From assembly GCF_051105105.1 (NCBI RefSeq), contig NZ_CP185339.1: DNA of 64,000 bases; one strand, given 5' to 3'. Below the pieces are notes generated by a model. The model saw only the letters and a program-made list of their open reading frames with translations, did no database searches and was not told where the DNA came from. Below, in pieces: positions 19,511 to 27,874 of this stretch. The stretch is from Nannocystis pusilla (GTDB lineage Bacteria; Myxococcota_A; Polyangia; Nannocystales; Nannocystaceae). How positions within the stretch are numbered: position 1 is the first letter of the stretch; every line of letters starts with the position of its first letter. The position numbers and the translations under genes are program-made.

Positions 19511-20981
19511 GTTCGCGCGCGCGCGCGTCCGCCTGGGCGAGGCGCTACAAGCCGGCGCGCGCGGCCTGGGGCTGCGCGCGGTCGACGAGGCGCGGGCGCT
19601 GCGGCTGTGCGAAGACACAGGCGAGCGCCTCGACTGGCCGGTCCACACCTGGAGCGCCGCCGGCGGGCGCGACGGCCTCGGCGCGCCCGAGCCGCTGCTC
19701 GACCTCCTGCGCGGCCTCCTGCGCGACCCCGATCCCGGCCTGTGGGTGCTGCTCAATCCGCCCCCGCTGGAGCCCGTCGCCTTGCGGGCCCTCCGCGAGC
19801 TCGCGCAGCGCAGCGTCGGTCCGGCGGTCGTCGTCGTCGGCGACCTCGCGCCTGCGCTCGTCGCCATCCCCGAGCTCGAGCTGCTGGAGCTCGAGCTGCC
19901 CGACGCCGACGAGCTCACCGGCCTCGCGGCCGACCTCGTCGACGAGCTGCGGATCGCCGGCCGTCCCGGCCCGGCCGCCGCGCTCGACCGCCGCGCGTCG
20001 CAGCTCGCCCACGCCGCCCTCGGCCTGTCGGAGCACCAGGCCCGTCGACTGCTGCGCCGGGCCGCCCACGCCCCCGCCGACGACGCCGCGCTCGCCGAGC
20101 TGGGCGCCGGCAAGGCCGAGCTGCTGCGCCGGGGCGGCCTGCTCGAGCGCGTCGAACCTGTCCCTTCAGACATGCTCGGCGGCCTCGCCCAGCTCAAGCA
20201 GTGGCTGGCCCGCCGCGCCCTCGCCCTCCGGCCCGAGGCCCGCGCCGCGGCGATCCCCGACCCGCGCGGCGTCCTGCTCGTCGGCGTGCAGGGCTGCGGC
20301 AAGAGCCTGGCCGCCCGCGTCTGCGCCCACGCGCTCGGCCTCGGCCTCCTGCGGCTGGAGCCGGGCCGGCTCTACGGCGGCACGCTCGGCGAGAGCGAGG
20401 CCAACCTGCGCCGCGTCACCGCCACGGTCGAGCGCATCGCTCCGGTCGCGCTGTGGATCGACGAGCTCGACAAGGGCCTGGCCGGCAGCGAAGGTCCGGC
20501 AAGCGACGGCGGCACCGCGGCGCGCGTGCTCGGCGGCCTGCTGACGTGGCTGCAGGAGCGCCGTCGTCCGGTGTTCGTGGTCGCCACCGCCAATCAGGTC
20601 ACGCGCTTGCCGCCCGAGCTGACACGTCGGGGCCGTCTCGACGAGATCTTCTTCGTCGATTTGCCCGATGCGGACGAACGCGCTGCCATCGCGGAGATCC
20701 ATCTCGAGCATGCGCCGCGCTCACACATGGGCGCCGCCCCGGTCCTCGCTGATCCGTTGCCCGACCTCGTCGACCTCGTACGCGCGGCCGACGGACTCTC
20801 GGGCGCCGAGATCGAGGGCGCGATCGTGGAAGCTCGCCTCGACGCGTTCGCCGAGTCGCGACCGCTCGCGCGCCGCGACCTCGCTCGCGCGCTCACCGCG
20901 ACCATCCCGCTCAGTCGCAGTCGTGCCGGCGAAATCACGGCCCTGCGTGCGTGGGCGAGCGCTGCGGCCCGCAGGGCTTGA
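19485..20981 (+). CDS. AAA+ family ATPase
   Basis: Walker A appears as GVQGCGKS, Walker B as ALWIDELD, and an arginine finger as RRGRLDEIFFV. The GTG start overlaps the upstream stop as GTGA. Confidence 0.8.
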   Translation: MRHDLKDTPFARARVRLGEALQAGARGLGLRAVDEARALRLCEDTGERLDWPVHTWSAAGGRDGLGAPEPLLDLLRGLLRDPDPGLWVLLNPPPLEPVALRALRELAQRSVGPAVVVVGDLAPALVAIPELELLELELPDADELTGLAADLVDELRIAGRPGPAAALDRRASQLAHAALGLSEHQARRLLRRAAHAPADDAALAELGAGKAELLRRGGLLERVEPVPSDMLGGLAQLKQWLARRALALRPEARAAAIPDPRGVLLVGVQGCGKSLAARVCAHALGLGLLRLEPGRLYGGTLGESEANLRRVTATVERIAPVALWIDELDKGLAGSEGPASDGGTAARVLGGLLTWLQERRRPVFVVATANQVTRLPPELTRRGRLDEIFFVDLPDADERAAIAEIHLEHAPRSHMGAAPVLADPLPDLVDLVRAADGLSGAEIEGAIVEARLDAFAESRPLARRDLARALTATIPLSRSRAGEITALRAWASAAARRA

Positions 20982-21260
20982 AGAACCTGTCTTTAAGTTT
21001 CAATGCGGTGCGTGACTCGCGGTCGCGCAATGTCTGCACAACCGCGCCAATCGCCCGAGGATGGCCGGCGAACGGTGGTTCGCACGGTGTGCTGTTGAAC
21101 ACAATTCAAGTGAGCACGATGTCGCGAGCGGACGTGACTCGCACCGCCAAACCTGCTGCGAGCCTTGTGGGAATTTTCGTGCTCACGTCCCACCCATCCT
21201 GCGAACTCCAGGTGCGTGACACTGCGATCACGGCTATGGGATATTGTACGAGCGCTCATT

Positions 21261-21992
21261 ATGACCGTGCAGCCGCCGATCACTCCCCTGTCTCAAGGAA
21301 CAGGACCCGCGGACCAGCCCTCGTCGCCGGCGCGGGTCCTCCTCGTCGACGATCACCCGATCTTCCGCCTCGGCCTGTCGCAGCTCCTCGGAGCCGAGGC
21401 CGACCTCGAGATCGTCGGTGAGGCCGAGGACGCCGAGGCCGCCCTGACGATCCTGCGCGAGAAGCCCGTCGACCTCGCGGTCGTCGACCTCTCGCTCAAG
21501 ACCGGCAGCGGCATCGATCTGATCAAGCAGATCCGCGCCGCCTGGCCCGAGCTCAAGCTGCTGGTGCTGTCGATGCACGACGAGCAGCTGTTCGGCGAGC
21601 GGGTGCTGCGGGCCGGCGCGCACGGCTACCTGATGAAGCACGTGCCCGCCGAGCGGATCGTCGGCGCCATCCGCAAGTCGCTGAAGGGCGAACTGGCGGT
21701 GAGCGAGCAACTGGCCGAGACGATGCTGAACGCCATGGTCTCGCGCCCGCGGGCCGGCACCGGCATCGAGAACCTCAGCGACCGCGAGCTCGAGGTGTTC
21801 GAGCTGCTGGGGCGCGGGCACGACACCCGCAACATCGCCGAGTCGCTCAAGATCTCGATCAAGACCGTCGAGACCCACCAGTCCAACCTCAAGCTCAAGC
21901 TCGGGGCCCACAGCGCGCACCAGCTGCGCCGCCTCGCCGTCCTGTGGGCGACCGAGGGCCTGGCCGGCCAGCCCGCCGCCGGCCGCACCTGA
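21261..21992 (+). CDS. NarL/FixJ-family response regulator (REC plus LuxR-type HTH)
   Basis: Receiver-domain pattern VLLVDDHPIFRLGL...DLAVVDLSL. The HTH reads LSDRELEVFELLGRGHDTRNIAESLKISIKTVETHQSNLKLKLG. Confidence 0.85.
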   Translation: MTVQPPITPLSQGTGPADQPSSPARVLLVDDHPIFRLGLSQLLGAEADLEIVGEAEDAEAALTILREKPVDLAVVDLSLKTGSGIDLIKQIRAAWPELKLLVLSMHDEQLFGERVLRAGAHGYLMKHVPAERIVGAIRKSLKGELAVSEQLAETMLNAMVSRPRAGTGIENLSDRELEVFELLGRGHDTRNIAESLKISIKTVETHQSNLKLKLGAHSAHQLRRLAVLWATEGLAGQPAAGRT

Positions 21993-22089
21993 GCCGTCCT
22001 GCTCGCCCTGAGCGCGCTCCTGCACGGCCCCCGGCGCGCTCATCCGGCGAGAATTTGCCAGGCCGGCCCGCTCGGGTCAGCCTCTGGCC

Positions 22090-22272
22090 GTGTCCCGCGC
22101 GCGCAACCTCGCCCAGCAGCAGCTCGAGCTGCCCGCGCTGGACGAGCCTGCCAACGTCGCCGACCTGCCCGAGCCGACCCCCGCGGCCGCCTGCGCCCGC
22201 TGCGGCTGGCTGGTGCGCCAGGCAGAAGAGACATGTCCTTTGTGCCATGCCCCGAGGGACAGCAAGCCATGA
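22090..22272 (+). CDS. Small zinc-ribbon protein (CxxC-x11-CxxC); C-terminus encoded by a palindromic element
   Basis: Translation CARCGWLVRQAEETCPLCHAP. The last roughly 15 codons have low GC3 and coincide with AGACATGTCC...GCCATGCCCC. Its stop overlaps the next start as ATGA. Confidence 0.3.
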   Translation: MSRARNLAQQQLELPALDEPANVADLPEPTPAAACARCGWLVRQAEETCPLCHAPRDSKP

Positions 22273-22673
22273 GCCGCTACGTCCGCCTCGACCTCGGCGC
22301 CCGCGAGCTCGCGCGGGCTGATCTGGAGGCCGCGCTGAGCGAGCTGGAGCTTCGCGCCGAGGTCGCGGAGATCCCCGGCGGCCTCATGCTCGAGGGCAAC
22401 TTCGAGTGCGCCGGCGAGCCGGTCGACCTGCGCCTGCCCGCGGGCACGCTGACGGCCGTCGCCGACTTCGGTCTGCGCGCGGCCGGCAGCACCTTCGTCC
22501 TGGTGTGCGGCGAGCACGATCGCGCCGTCCTGGCCGAGCGCCTGGTCGCCCCGCTCACCCGGGCGCTGGCGACCGCCCGCGTGCGCGCCGCGGCGAGCGC
22601 CGCCGGCCTGGCCGTCGACACCACCCAGGCCGCCGACGGTACCCTGCGGCTGCGGGTCCGCCCCCCGGCGTAA
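22269..22673 (+). CDS. Hypothetical protein
   Basis: 135 aa with high GC3, starting MSRYVRLDLGARELARADLEAALSELELRAEV. Confidence 0.55.
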   Translation: MSRYVRLDLGARELARADLEAALSELELRAEVAEIPGGLMLEGNFECAGEPVDLRLPAGTLTAVADFGLRAAGSTFVLVCGEHDRAVLAERLVAPLTRALATARVRAAASAAGLAVDTTQAADGTLRLRVRPPA

Positions 22674-22717
22674 CACTCGCCCGGGGCCCCGCGTTGTCCG
22701 AGCCGGAAGGTCGAACG

Positions 22718-23441
22718 ATGTCCGCCTCTCGCCCGCTGCACCCCGCCGTCTCCGCCGCCATGAGCCGGCGCGATTTCCTCGCCCGCGCCGCCAGCGGCAC
22801 CGTCGTCGCCGCCATGGGCGGCGGCATGTTGTGGGTCCTGAACGACCGCCTCACGCGCGAGGCCAAGGCCATGACCCTCGCCGACGGCCGTCCGCGCCTC
22901 CCGCCCGGCCAGCGCGTGCTCGAGGCGCTGCGGCCCATGGGGGGCGTGCCCGGCTCGCCGAGCCCCGCCAACGTCAAGATCAAGGTCTACGGCGAGGTCG
23001 AGAAGCCGTTCGAGCTCGACTGGAACGGCCTGCTCGCCGAGCCGCAGACCGAGCTCGAGGCCAACGTCCACTGCGTCACCGGCTGGTCGCTGCTCGGCGC
23101 GGCGTGGAAGGGCGTGCGGGTCAGTCACCTGGCCGAAAAGGCAGGCCTCAAGAAGACCGCGCGCCACGTCGTGTTCGAGGGCGCCCACGGCTACACCGCC
23201 AACGTCTTGCTCGCCGAGGCGCTCGCGCCCGAACGTCCTGGTCGCCCACCGCCACGCCGGGAGGCCGCTCGCGCGCCCGCACGGCAGCCCGGTGCGCGCC
23301 GTGGTGCCCGGCCTCTACTTCTGGAAGAGCACCAAGTGGCTGACGGGCATCAAGTTCGTCGCCCGCGACGAGCCCGGCTACTGGGAGACCCGCGGCTACA
23401 ACGACCACGCCGACCCGTGGAAGGAAGAGCGCTATGCCTGA
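22718..23441 (+). CDS. Sulfite-oxidase-family molybdopterin oxidoreductase (MsrP/YedY-like) with a TAT signal. Frame disrupted by +1 at 23231 (GAACGTC).
   Basis: TAT signal [20 protein letters not shown]. The GGAAGG ribosome-binding site is present. The frame reads ...[16 protein letters not shown], then shifts +1 to [37 protein letters not shown]...[19 protein letters not shown]. Confidence 0.7.
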
Positions 23442-24015
23442 GCCCGAGCGCCGGCGCCCGGTCCGCTGGCGGCCGTGGCTGCGCGCCCTCCACCGCGACA
23501 TCGGCTACGTCGCCGTCGGCCTCACCTTCGTCTACGCGCTGTCGGGCCTCGCGGTCAATCACATCGCCGACTGGGACCCGAACTTCGACAACTACGAGGC
23601 GCGCCACCAGGTCGCCGTGCCGCTGCCCGAGGACGACCACGCCGCCGCCGACAAGGTGCTCGCCGCGCTCGCCGTCACCGGTCCGCCGACCGAGGTCTAC
23701 CGCAGCGACGCGCGCGAGCTGTCGATCCTCCTCGACGGCAGCACCCTCCACGTCGACCTCGACAGCGGCGTCGTCCTGGAGGACGGCCAGCGCCCGCGCC
23801 TCTTGCTGCGGGTCGCCAACTGGCTGCACCTGAACCGCGGCAAGAAGGCCTGGACCTACATCGCCGACGGCTACGCCGTGTTCCTGCTGTTCCTCGCCGC
23901 CTCGGGCCTGTTCATGCTGCCCGGCCGCAAGGGCCTGGTCGGCCGCGGCGGGGTGTTCGTGCTGCTCGGGATCGCCGTCCCGGTGCTGTACGTGACCCTG
24001 TCCGGCGGGCCATGA
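23434..24015 (+). CDS. PepSY-associated TM-helix membrane protein
   Basis: Translation [34 protein letters not shown] second TM near the C-terminus reads [15 protein letters not shown]. It overlaps the upstream gene by 8 nt. Confidence 0.7.
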   Translation: MPEPERRRPVRWRPWLRALHRDIGYVAVGLTFVYALSGLAVNHIADWDPNFDNYEARHQVAVPLPEDDHAAADKVLAALAVTGPPTEVYRSDARELSILLDGSTLHVDLDSGVVLEDGQRPRLLLRVANWLHLNRGKKAWTYIADGYAVFLLFLAASGLFMLPGRKGLVGRGGVFVLLGIAVPVLYVTLSGGP

Positions 24016-24090
24016 CCTAAAAGACATGCCCGTTCGGGCATGTTCAAAAGGGCATGCCCTCACGGACATGCCCTTTCGTCCATTCCCCGC
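24010..24090. repeat. Palindromic decamer array, five units at 14 nt period (AGACATGCCC, GGGCATGTTC, GGGCATGCCC, GGACATGCCC, GTCCATTCCC)
   Basis: Best-ordered copy of the family in the window, in the convergent gap between the PepSY-like stop and the dienelactone-hydrolase stop. Confidence 0.8.
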
Positions 24091-24097
24091 CTCGGCC

Positions 24098-24880
24098 TCA
24101 CTGCAGCCGCTCGCGCAGGAACGACAGCGTGCGCTGCAGCGCCTGCTCGGTCGGGTGGCCGGTCTCGCGCACGAGGTCGACCGTCAGCACGCTGTGGGCC
24201 GACGGCTTGATCCCGTGGGCGTTGCCCGGGCCGGAGTCGATCTCGATCGCCTCGAAGCCCTCCTTGAGCTCGCGCTTCAGCGTCTCGAACCGCTCGCGCG
24301 GGACCTTGCCGTCGTGGGTGAAGCACAGGCCGAGCACCTTGAGGCCCTCGTCCTTGACCCGCCGCTTGACCGTGGCGAGCTCGTCCGGCGCGATCGCCAG
24401 CTGACCGCGCCGGGCCTTGCCGACCGGCAGCGGCAGCGCCGGCTGCGACATCACCGGCGCCATCAGCGACGGCTCGACCGCCATCGACAGCGCGAAGTTC
24501 CCCGTCAGGCACATGCCGATCGCGCCGACGCCCTTGCCGCCGAGCTCCTTGTGCAGCGCGCGGGCCAGGCCGCGCAGCCAATTCGTGATCGGGCTCGACT
24601 CCTGGCCGGCGAGCAGCTTGAACTCCTTGCTCACGCACAGCTTGAGCATCGTGCTGGCGAGGTAGCCGCCGGACACCGGCTTCATCGGCTCGCCGAACAG
24701 GTCGGGCAGGACCACGGTGAAGCCCGCGTCCGCCACCAGGTTGGCGAACGTGACCACCGCCTCGTGGATGCCGGGGACCTCGGTGATGATGATGACCCCC
24801 GGGCCGCGCCCGCGCCGATAGACCGTCTTGGTGACGCCCTCGTGGGTGAACTCCGATGCGCTGTAGCCCTGGATCGACAT
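24098..24880 (-). CDS. Dienelactone hydrolase family protein
   Basis: DLH-fold motifs IGMCLTGNFAL and HDGKVP. Confidence 0.85.
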   Translation of the reverse strand: MSIQGYSASEFTHEGVTKTVYRRGRGPGVIIITEVPGIHEAVVTFANLVADAGFTVVLPDLFGEPMKPVSGGYLASTMLKLCVSKEFKLLAGQESSPITNWLRGLARALHKELGGKGVGAIGMCLTGNFALSMAVEPSLMAPVMSQPALPLPVGKARRGQLAIAPDELATVKRRVKDEGLKVLGLCFTHDGKVPRERFETLKRELKEGFEAIEIDSGPGNAHGIKPSAHSVLTVDLVRETGHPTEQALQRTLSFLRERLQ

Positions 24881-24956
24881 CGGCGCGAGTGTATCAGCCT
24901 TCGGGCCGGCGTGAGCTTGTCAAATCGCGCAGAGGCGTGCGAGGCTCGGCGCCGCC

Positions 24957-25319
24957 GTGTCCTACGAGCTCTTCCTGGTCCTCCACATCTTCGGCATCGT
25001 CCTCCTCTTTATGGGCCTCGGCGGCCTCGCGTTCCATGGCATCGCCGGCGGCACTCGCGAGACCAACCCCGCGCGCGGGCTGGTCGCTGCCACGCACGGC
25101 GTGGGAACGTTGCTCATCGTCGCGGCCGGCTTCGGCATGCTCGGGGTGAAGTACGGCGGCGCCATGCCGGGCTGGGTTCACCCCAAGTTGCTCGCGTGGA
25201 TCTGCCTCGCGGCGGCCCCGGCGTTGGTGGCCCGCAAGCCCGGCGCCGGTCGCGTGCTGTGGTTCGTCGCACCGCTGCTCGGCCTCCTCGCCGCGTACTT
25301 CGGCCTCGACCACAAGTAG
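24957..25319 (+). CDS. Small integral membrane protein (about 4 TM)
   Basis: GTG start. Hydrophobic segments include LFLVLHIFGIVLLFMGLGGLAF and GVGTLLIVAAGFGML. Confidence 0.6.
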   Translation: MSYELFLVLHIFGIVLLFMGLGGLAFHGIAGGTRETNPARGLVAATHGVGTLLIVAAGFGMLGVKYGGAMPGWVHPKLLAWICLAAAPALVARKPGAGRVLWFVAPLLGLLAAYFGLDHK

Positions 25320-25325
25320 CGCGCG

Positions 25326-26888
25326 CTAGAACCAGCGCGCTGCGTAGGCCCGAAGCACCTCGATGCGAGCCAGCGGCGCTCGCACTGCGATGTGGCCGTC
25401 GGGCCTGAGCAGCACGAGCTCAGGCCCGCGCACTCTCCACCCGCGGACCACCGCGCCCGAAGGATCGCCGAGAGTCTCGGCGTCTCCTGTACCCAGGACC
25501 AGGTCGCGAACTACCAGCGATCGGCCCCACTTCTCCGCCAGCTCCCGACCCGCGATCGCCAGCGCCTGCGAGCGTGACGATCCGTGCATGAGCAACAGGG
25601 TCATCTTCGCCTCGCTCGCCACCAGCGCGTGCAGTGACACCGTCGCATCGCCCGCGCGCAGCATCGCCGCCGGCGCTCGATCACCGGCCTTCGGCGAGCG
25701 CCGCGACCAGCCGCGAGCGTCGATCACCGCCGGCGACTCGCGATACGACACGCCCGTCTGCGACATGCGCCGCGCCATCCGCTGCTGCAGCGCGCGTGAT
25801 CGCAGCGCCGTGCCGACGATCAGCTTGCGCAGCATCATCGTCCGTCGGCTCGTCGCGCCGCGGAACAGGCGGTCCGTCATCTCGAGCGTCCGCCTCGCCA
25901 CCGGCAATCGCTCCGCGTCGTACGTCGCCAGCAGCTCCGGGCGAGCGGCGCCGCGGGCCACCATCGCCAGCTTCCACGCCAGGTTGAAGGCGTCCTGGAT
26001 CCCCGTGTTCATCCCCTGCCCGCCGGCAGGGCTGTGGATATGCGCCGCGTCGCCGGCGAGGAACACCGAGCCCACCGCCATCCTCGGCACCATGCGGTGG
26101 TGCAGGCGGAACCGCAGGATCCACTCCGGGTCGTACAGCACCGCTCCGGGCACCAGCTCGTCGGCCAGCTTCTGGAACATCTCGAGCGTCGGCTCGGGCC
26201 CGTGACCGTCGCCGCCCATGGCGATGATGCGATAGCGACCGCGCGGCAACGGGGCGAACACCACCAGCCCCGCGGGCCGCAAAAACCCGCAGCCGAGCCC
26301 TGGCGGGCGGTCCCAGCGGATCTTCAGATCTGCCTGATCGAACATGTCCTCATAGGCAGAACCTTCGAACGGCAGCCCCAGGCCGTGGCGCACCGCGCTG
26401 TGGGAACCGTCGCAGCCGATCAGCCAGCGCGCCGTGACCGACTCGGTGCGGCCGTCGTCGCCGCCGATCGTCGCCACCACCTGCGAGCCCTCGTCGCGGA
26501 ACGACAGCAGCCGCAGCCCGCGATCGACCGCCCCGCCGAGGTGCCCCAGGTGCTCGGCCAGGATCCGCTCCGTCGCGCTCTGATCGAGGAACACCGGCCG
26601 CGGCACGTCGGGCCCGAACCGCGCGACGTCCAGCGTCCCCAGCAGTTGCGTCTCGAAGTACACCTGCACCGCCATCAGCGCCTCGGCCTCGGCCTCGACC
26701 GCCGCGCGCAGCCCCATCGCCTCGAACACCTCGCGCGTGCGCGCGTGGACGACCAGCGCCTTCGAGTGCTCGGTCGTGCGCGGCGCGGGATCGACCACCC
26801 GCACGGTCAGCCCGAACCGCCGCAGCTCGCACGCCATCGTCAGGCCCGTGGGCCCCGCTCCTGCCACCAGCACATCGATCGCCGCCAT
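25326..26888 (-). CDS. FAD-dependent aromatic-ring monooxygenase (PheA/TfdB class)
   Basis: FAD-binding GxGxxG as VLVAGAGPTGLTMA. Further motifs DGSHSAVR and GDAAHIHSPAGGQGMNTGIQDAFNLAWKLA. Confidence 0.85.
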   Translation of the reverse strand: MAAIDVLVAGAGPTGLTMACELRRFGLTVRVVDPAPRTTEHSKALVVHARTREVFEAMGLRAAVEAEAEALMAVQVYFETQLLGTLDVARFGPDVPRPVFLDQSATERILAEHLGHLGGAVDRGLRLLSFRDEGSQVVATIGGDDGRTESVTARWLIGCDGSHSAVRHGLGLPFEGSAYEDMFDQADLKIRWDRPPGLGCGFLRPAGLVVFAPLPRGRYRIIAMGGDGHGPEPTLEMFQKLADELVPGAVLYDPEWILRFRLHHRMVPRMAVGSVFLAGDAAHIHSPAGGQGMNTGIQDAFNLAWKLAMVARGAARPELLATYDAERLPVARRTLEMTDRLFRGATSRRTMMLRKLIVGTALRSRALQQRMARRMSQTGVSYRESPAVIDARGWSRRSPKAGDRAPAAMLRAGDATVSLHALVASEAKMTLLLMHGSSRSQALAIAGRELAEKWGRSLVVRDLVLGTGDAETLGDPSGAVVRGWRVRGPELVLLRPDGHIAVRAPLARIEVLRAYAARWF

Positions 26889-26900
26889 CGCTCCGCTCCT

Positions 26901-26963
26901 GCAAGTGAGTGCTCACTCACCGTGCCACGGCCCCATGGCGGTTGCAAGTGAGTGCTCACTCAG
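26901..26963. promoter_or_regulatory. Duplicated 20 bp operator-like inverted repeat GCAAGTGAGTGCTCACTCA(C/G), two copies 43 bp apart
   Basis: Copy 1 at 26901-26920 and copy 2 at 26944-26963. Each holds the inverted repeat TGAGTG-CT-CACTCA. Both lie in the divergent gap between the monooxygenase start and the tetR start. Confidence 0.6.
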
Positions 26964-26980
26964 GCCAAGCTCTCCGGGTC

Positions 26981-27604
26981 ATGGCCACGCGCGAAGACGA
27001 TCCAGGGCCGGTGCGCGGCGTCGAGCGCATCGTCCGCGCCGCGATCGAAGTCATCGCGGAGCGCGGCTTTCGGGGCGCCGCGACCAGCGAGATCGCCAGA
27101 CGGGCGGGCGTCGCCGAGGGCACGATCTTCCGCCACTTCAAGACCAAGCAGCTGCTGCTCGACCACATCCTCGAGCCGTTCGTCGAGCGGGTGCTCGCTC
27201 CGATCGCCTTCCGCGACCTGCACCGGCTGATCGACACCGACTACCCGGACTTCGCCGATTTCCTGCGGGAGTTCGCGCGCAACCGCCTCGCGGTCGCGCG
27301 CGAGCACGTGCCGGCGCTGCGGATCTTCTTACAAGAAGTCCCGCTCAGCCCGGAGCTGCGGACGATGGTGTTCCGCCACATCGGCCGCCACGTCGTCCCC
27401 GAGCTGCTGGCCGTCATCCGCAAGTACCAGGCGCGCGGACAGATCCGCAGCGACCCACCGGAGACCGTCCTGCGACTCCTCATGAGCGCGCTCGGCGGCT
27501 ACATCATCACGCGCCTGGCCATCCTGCCTGACTACCCGTGGGACGACGACCGCGAGATCGAGCTCACCATCGGCGCGATGACCCGCGGCCTGCGCCCCGA
27601 CTGA
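26981..27604 (+). CDS. TetR/AcrR family transcriptional regulator
   Basis: N-terminal HTH: RIVRAAIEVIAERGFRGAATSEIARRAGVAEGTIFRHFKTKQLLL. Confidence 0.85.
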   Translation: MATREDDPGPVRGVERIVRAAIEVIAERGFRGAATSEIARRAGVAEGTIFRHFKTKQLLLDHILEPFVERVLAPIAFRDLHRLIDTDYPDFADFLREFARNRLAVAREHVPALRIFLQEVPLSPELRTMVFRHIGRHVVPELLAVIRKYQARGQIRSDPPETVLRLLMSALGGYIITRLAILPDYPWDDDREIELTIGAMTRGLRPD

Positions 27605-27712
27605 CCTGTCCCTTCGACCAGCCTCGCGCGCGTCCGGAGCGACGCTTCCCGCGGCATGTCTCTGAGGTCATGTCCTCGAAGTCCTGTCCTTTCAACCAGC
27701 CCCGCGCGCGTC
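27603..27712. repeat. Palindromic element array (ACCTGTCC, GGCATGTCT, GGTCATGTCC, AGTCCTGTCC) with duplicated terminal motif YTTCRACCAGCC
   Basis: Begins at the tetR stop. Two copies of the end-motif CTGTCCyttcRACCAGCC flank it. Confidence 0.7.
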
Positions 27713-27874
27713 CTCCGATACGTCCGTCTCACGCCTGAGCCTGCCTGTCGCCGTCCTGCCCTCTCGCCAACCTCACGCGCGCATCCCCGCAACGTCCCGT
27801 TCACCCTGCGCCTGCACCCTCATAGGGCTGGCCCCGCCCCTGCGTCCGCGCGCCCCGGTGCTACTCTGACGCAC

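Noticed and set aside
22831-23343. Apparent tandem duplication AACGTCTTGCTCGCC ... AACGTCCTGGTCGCC in the YedY-like gene
   Set aside because: It reflects the normal protein sequence ([10 protein letters not shown] then D-VLVAH) of this enzyme family, not a duplication. The real anomaly there is the extra base at GAACGTC.
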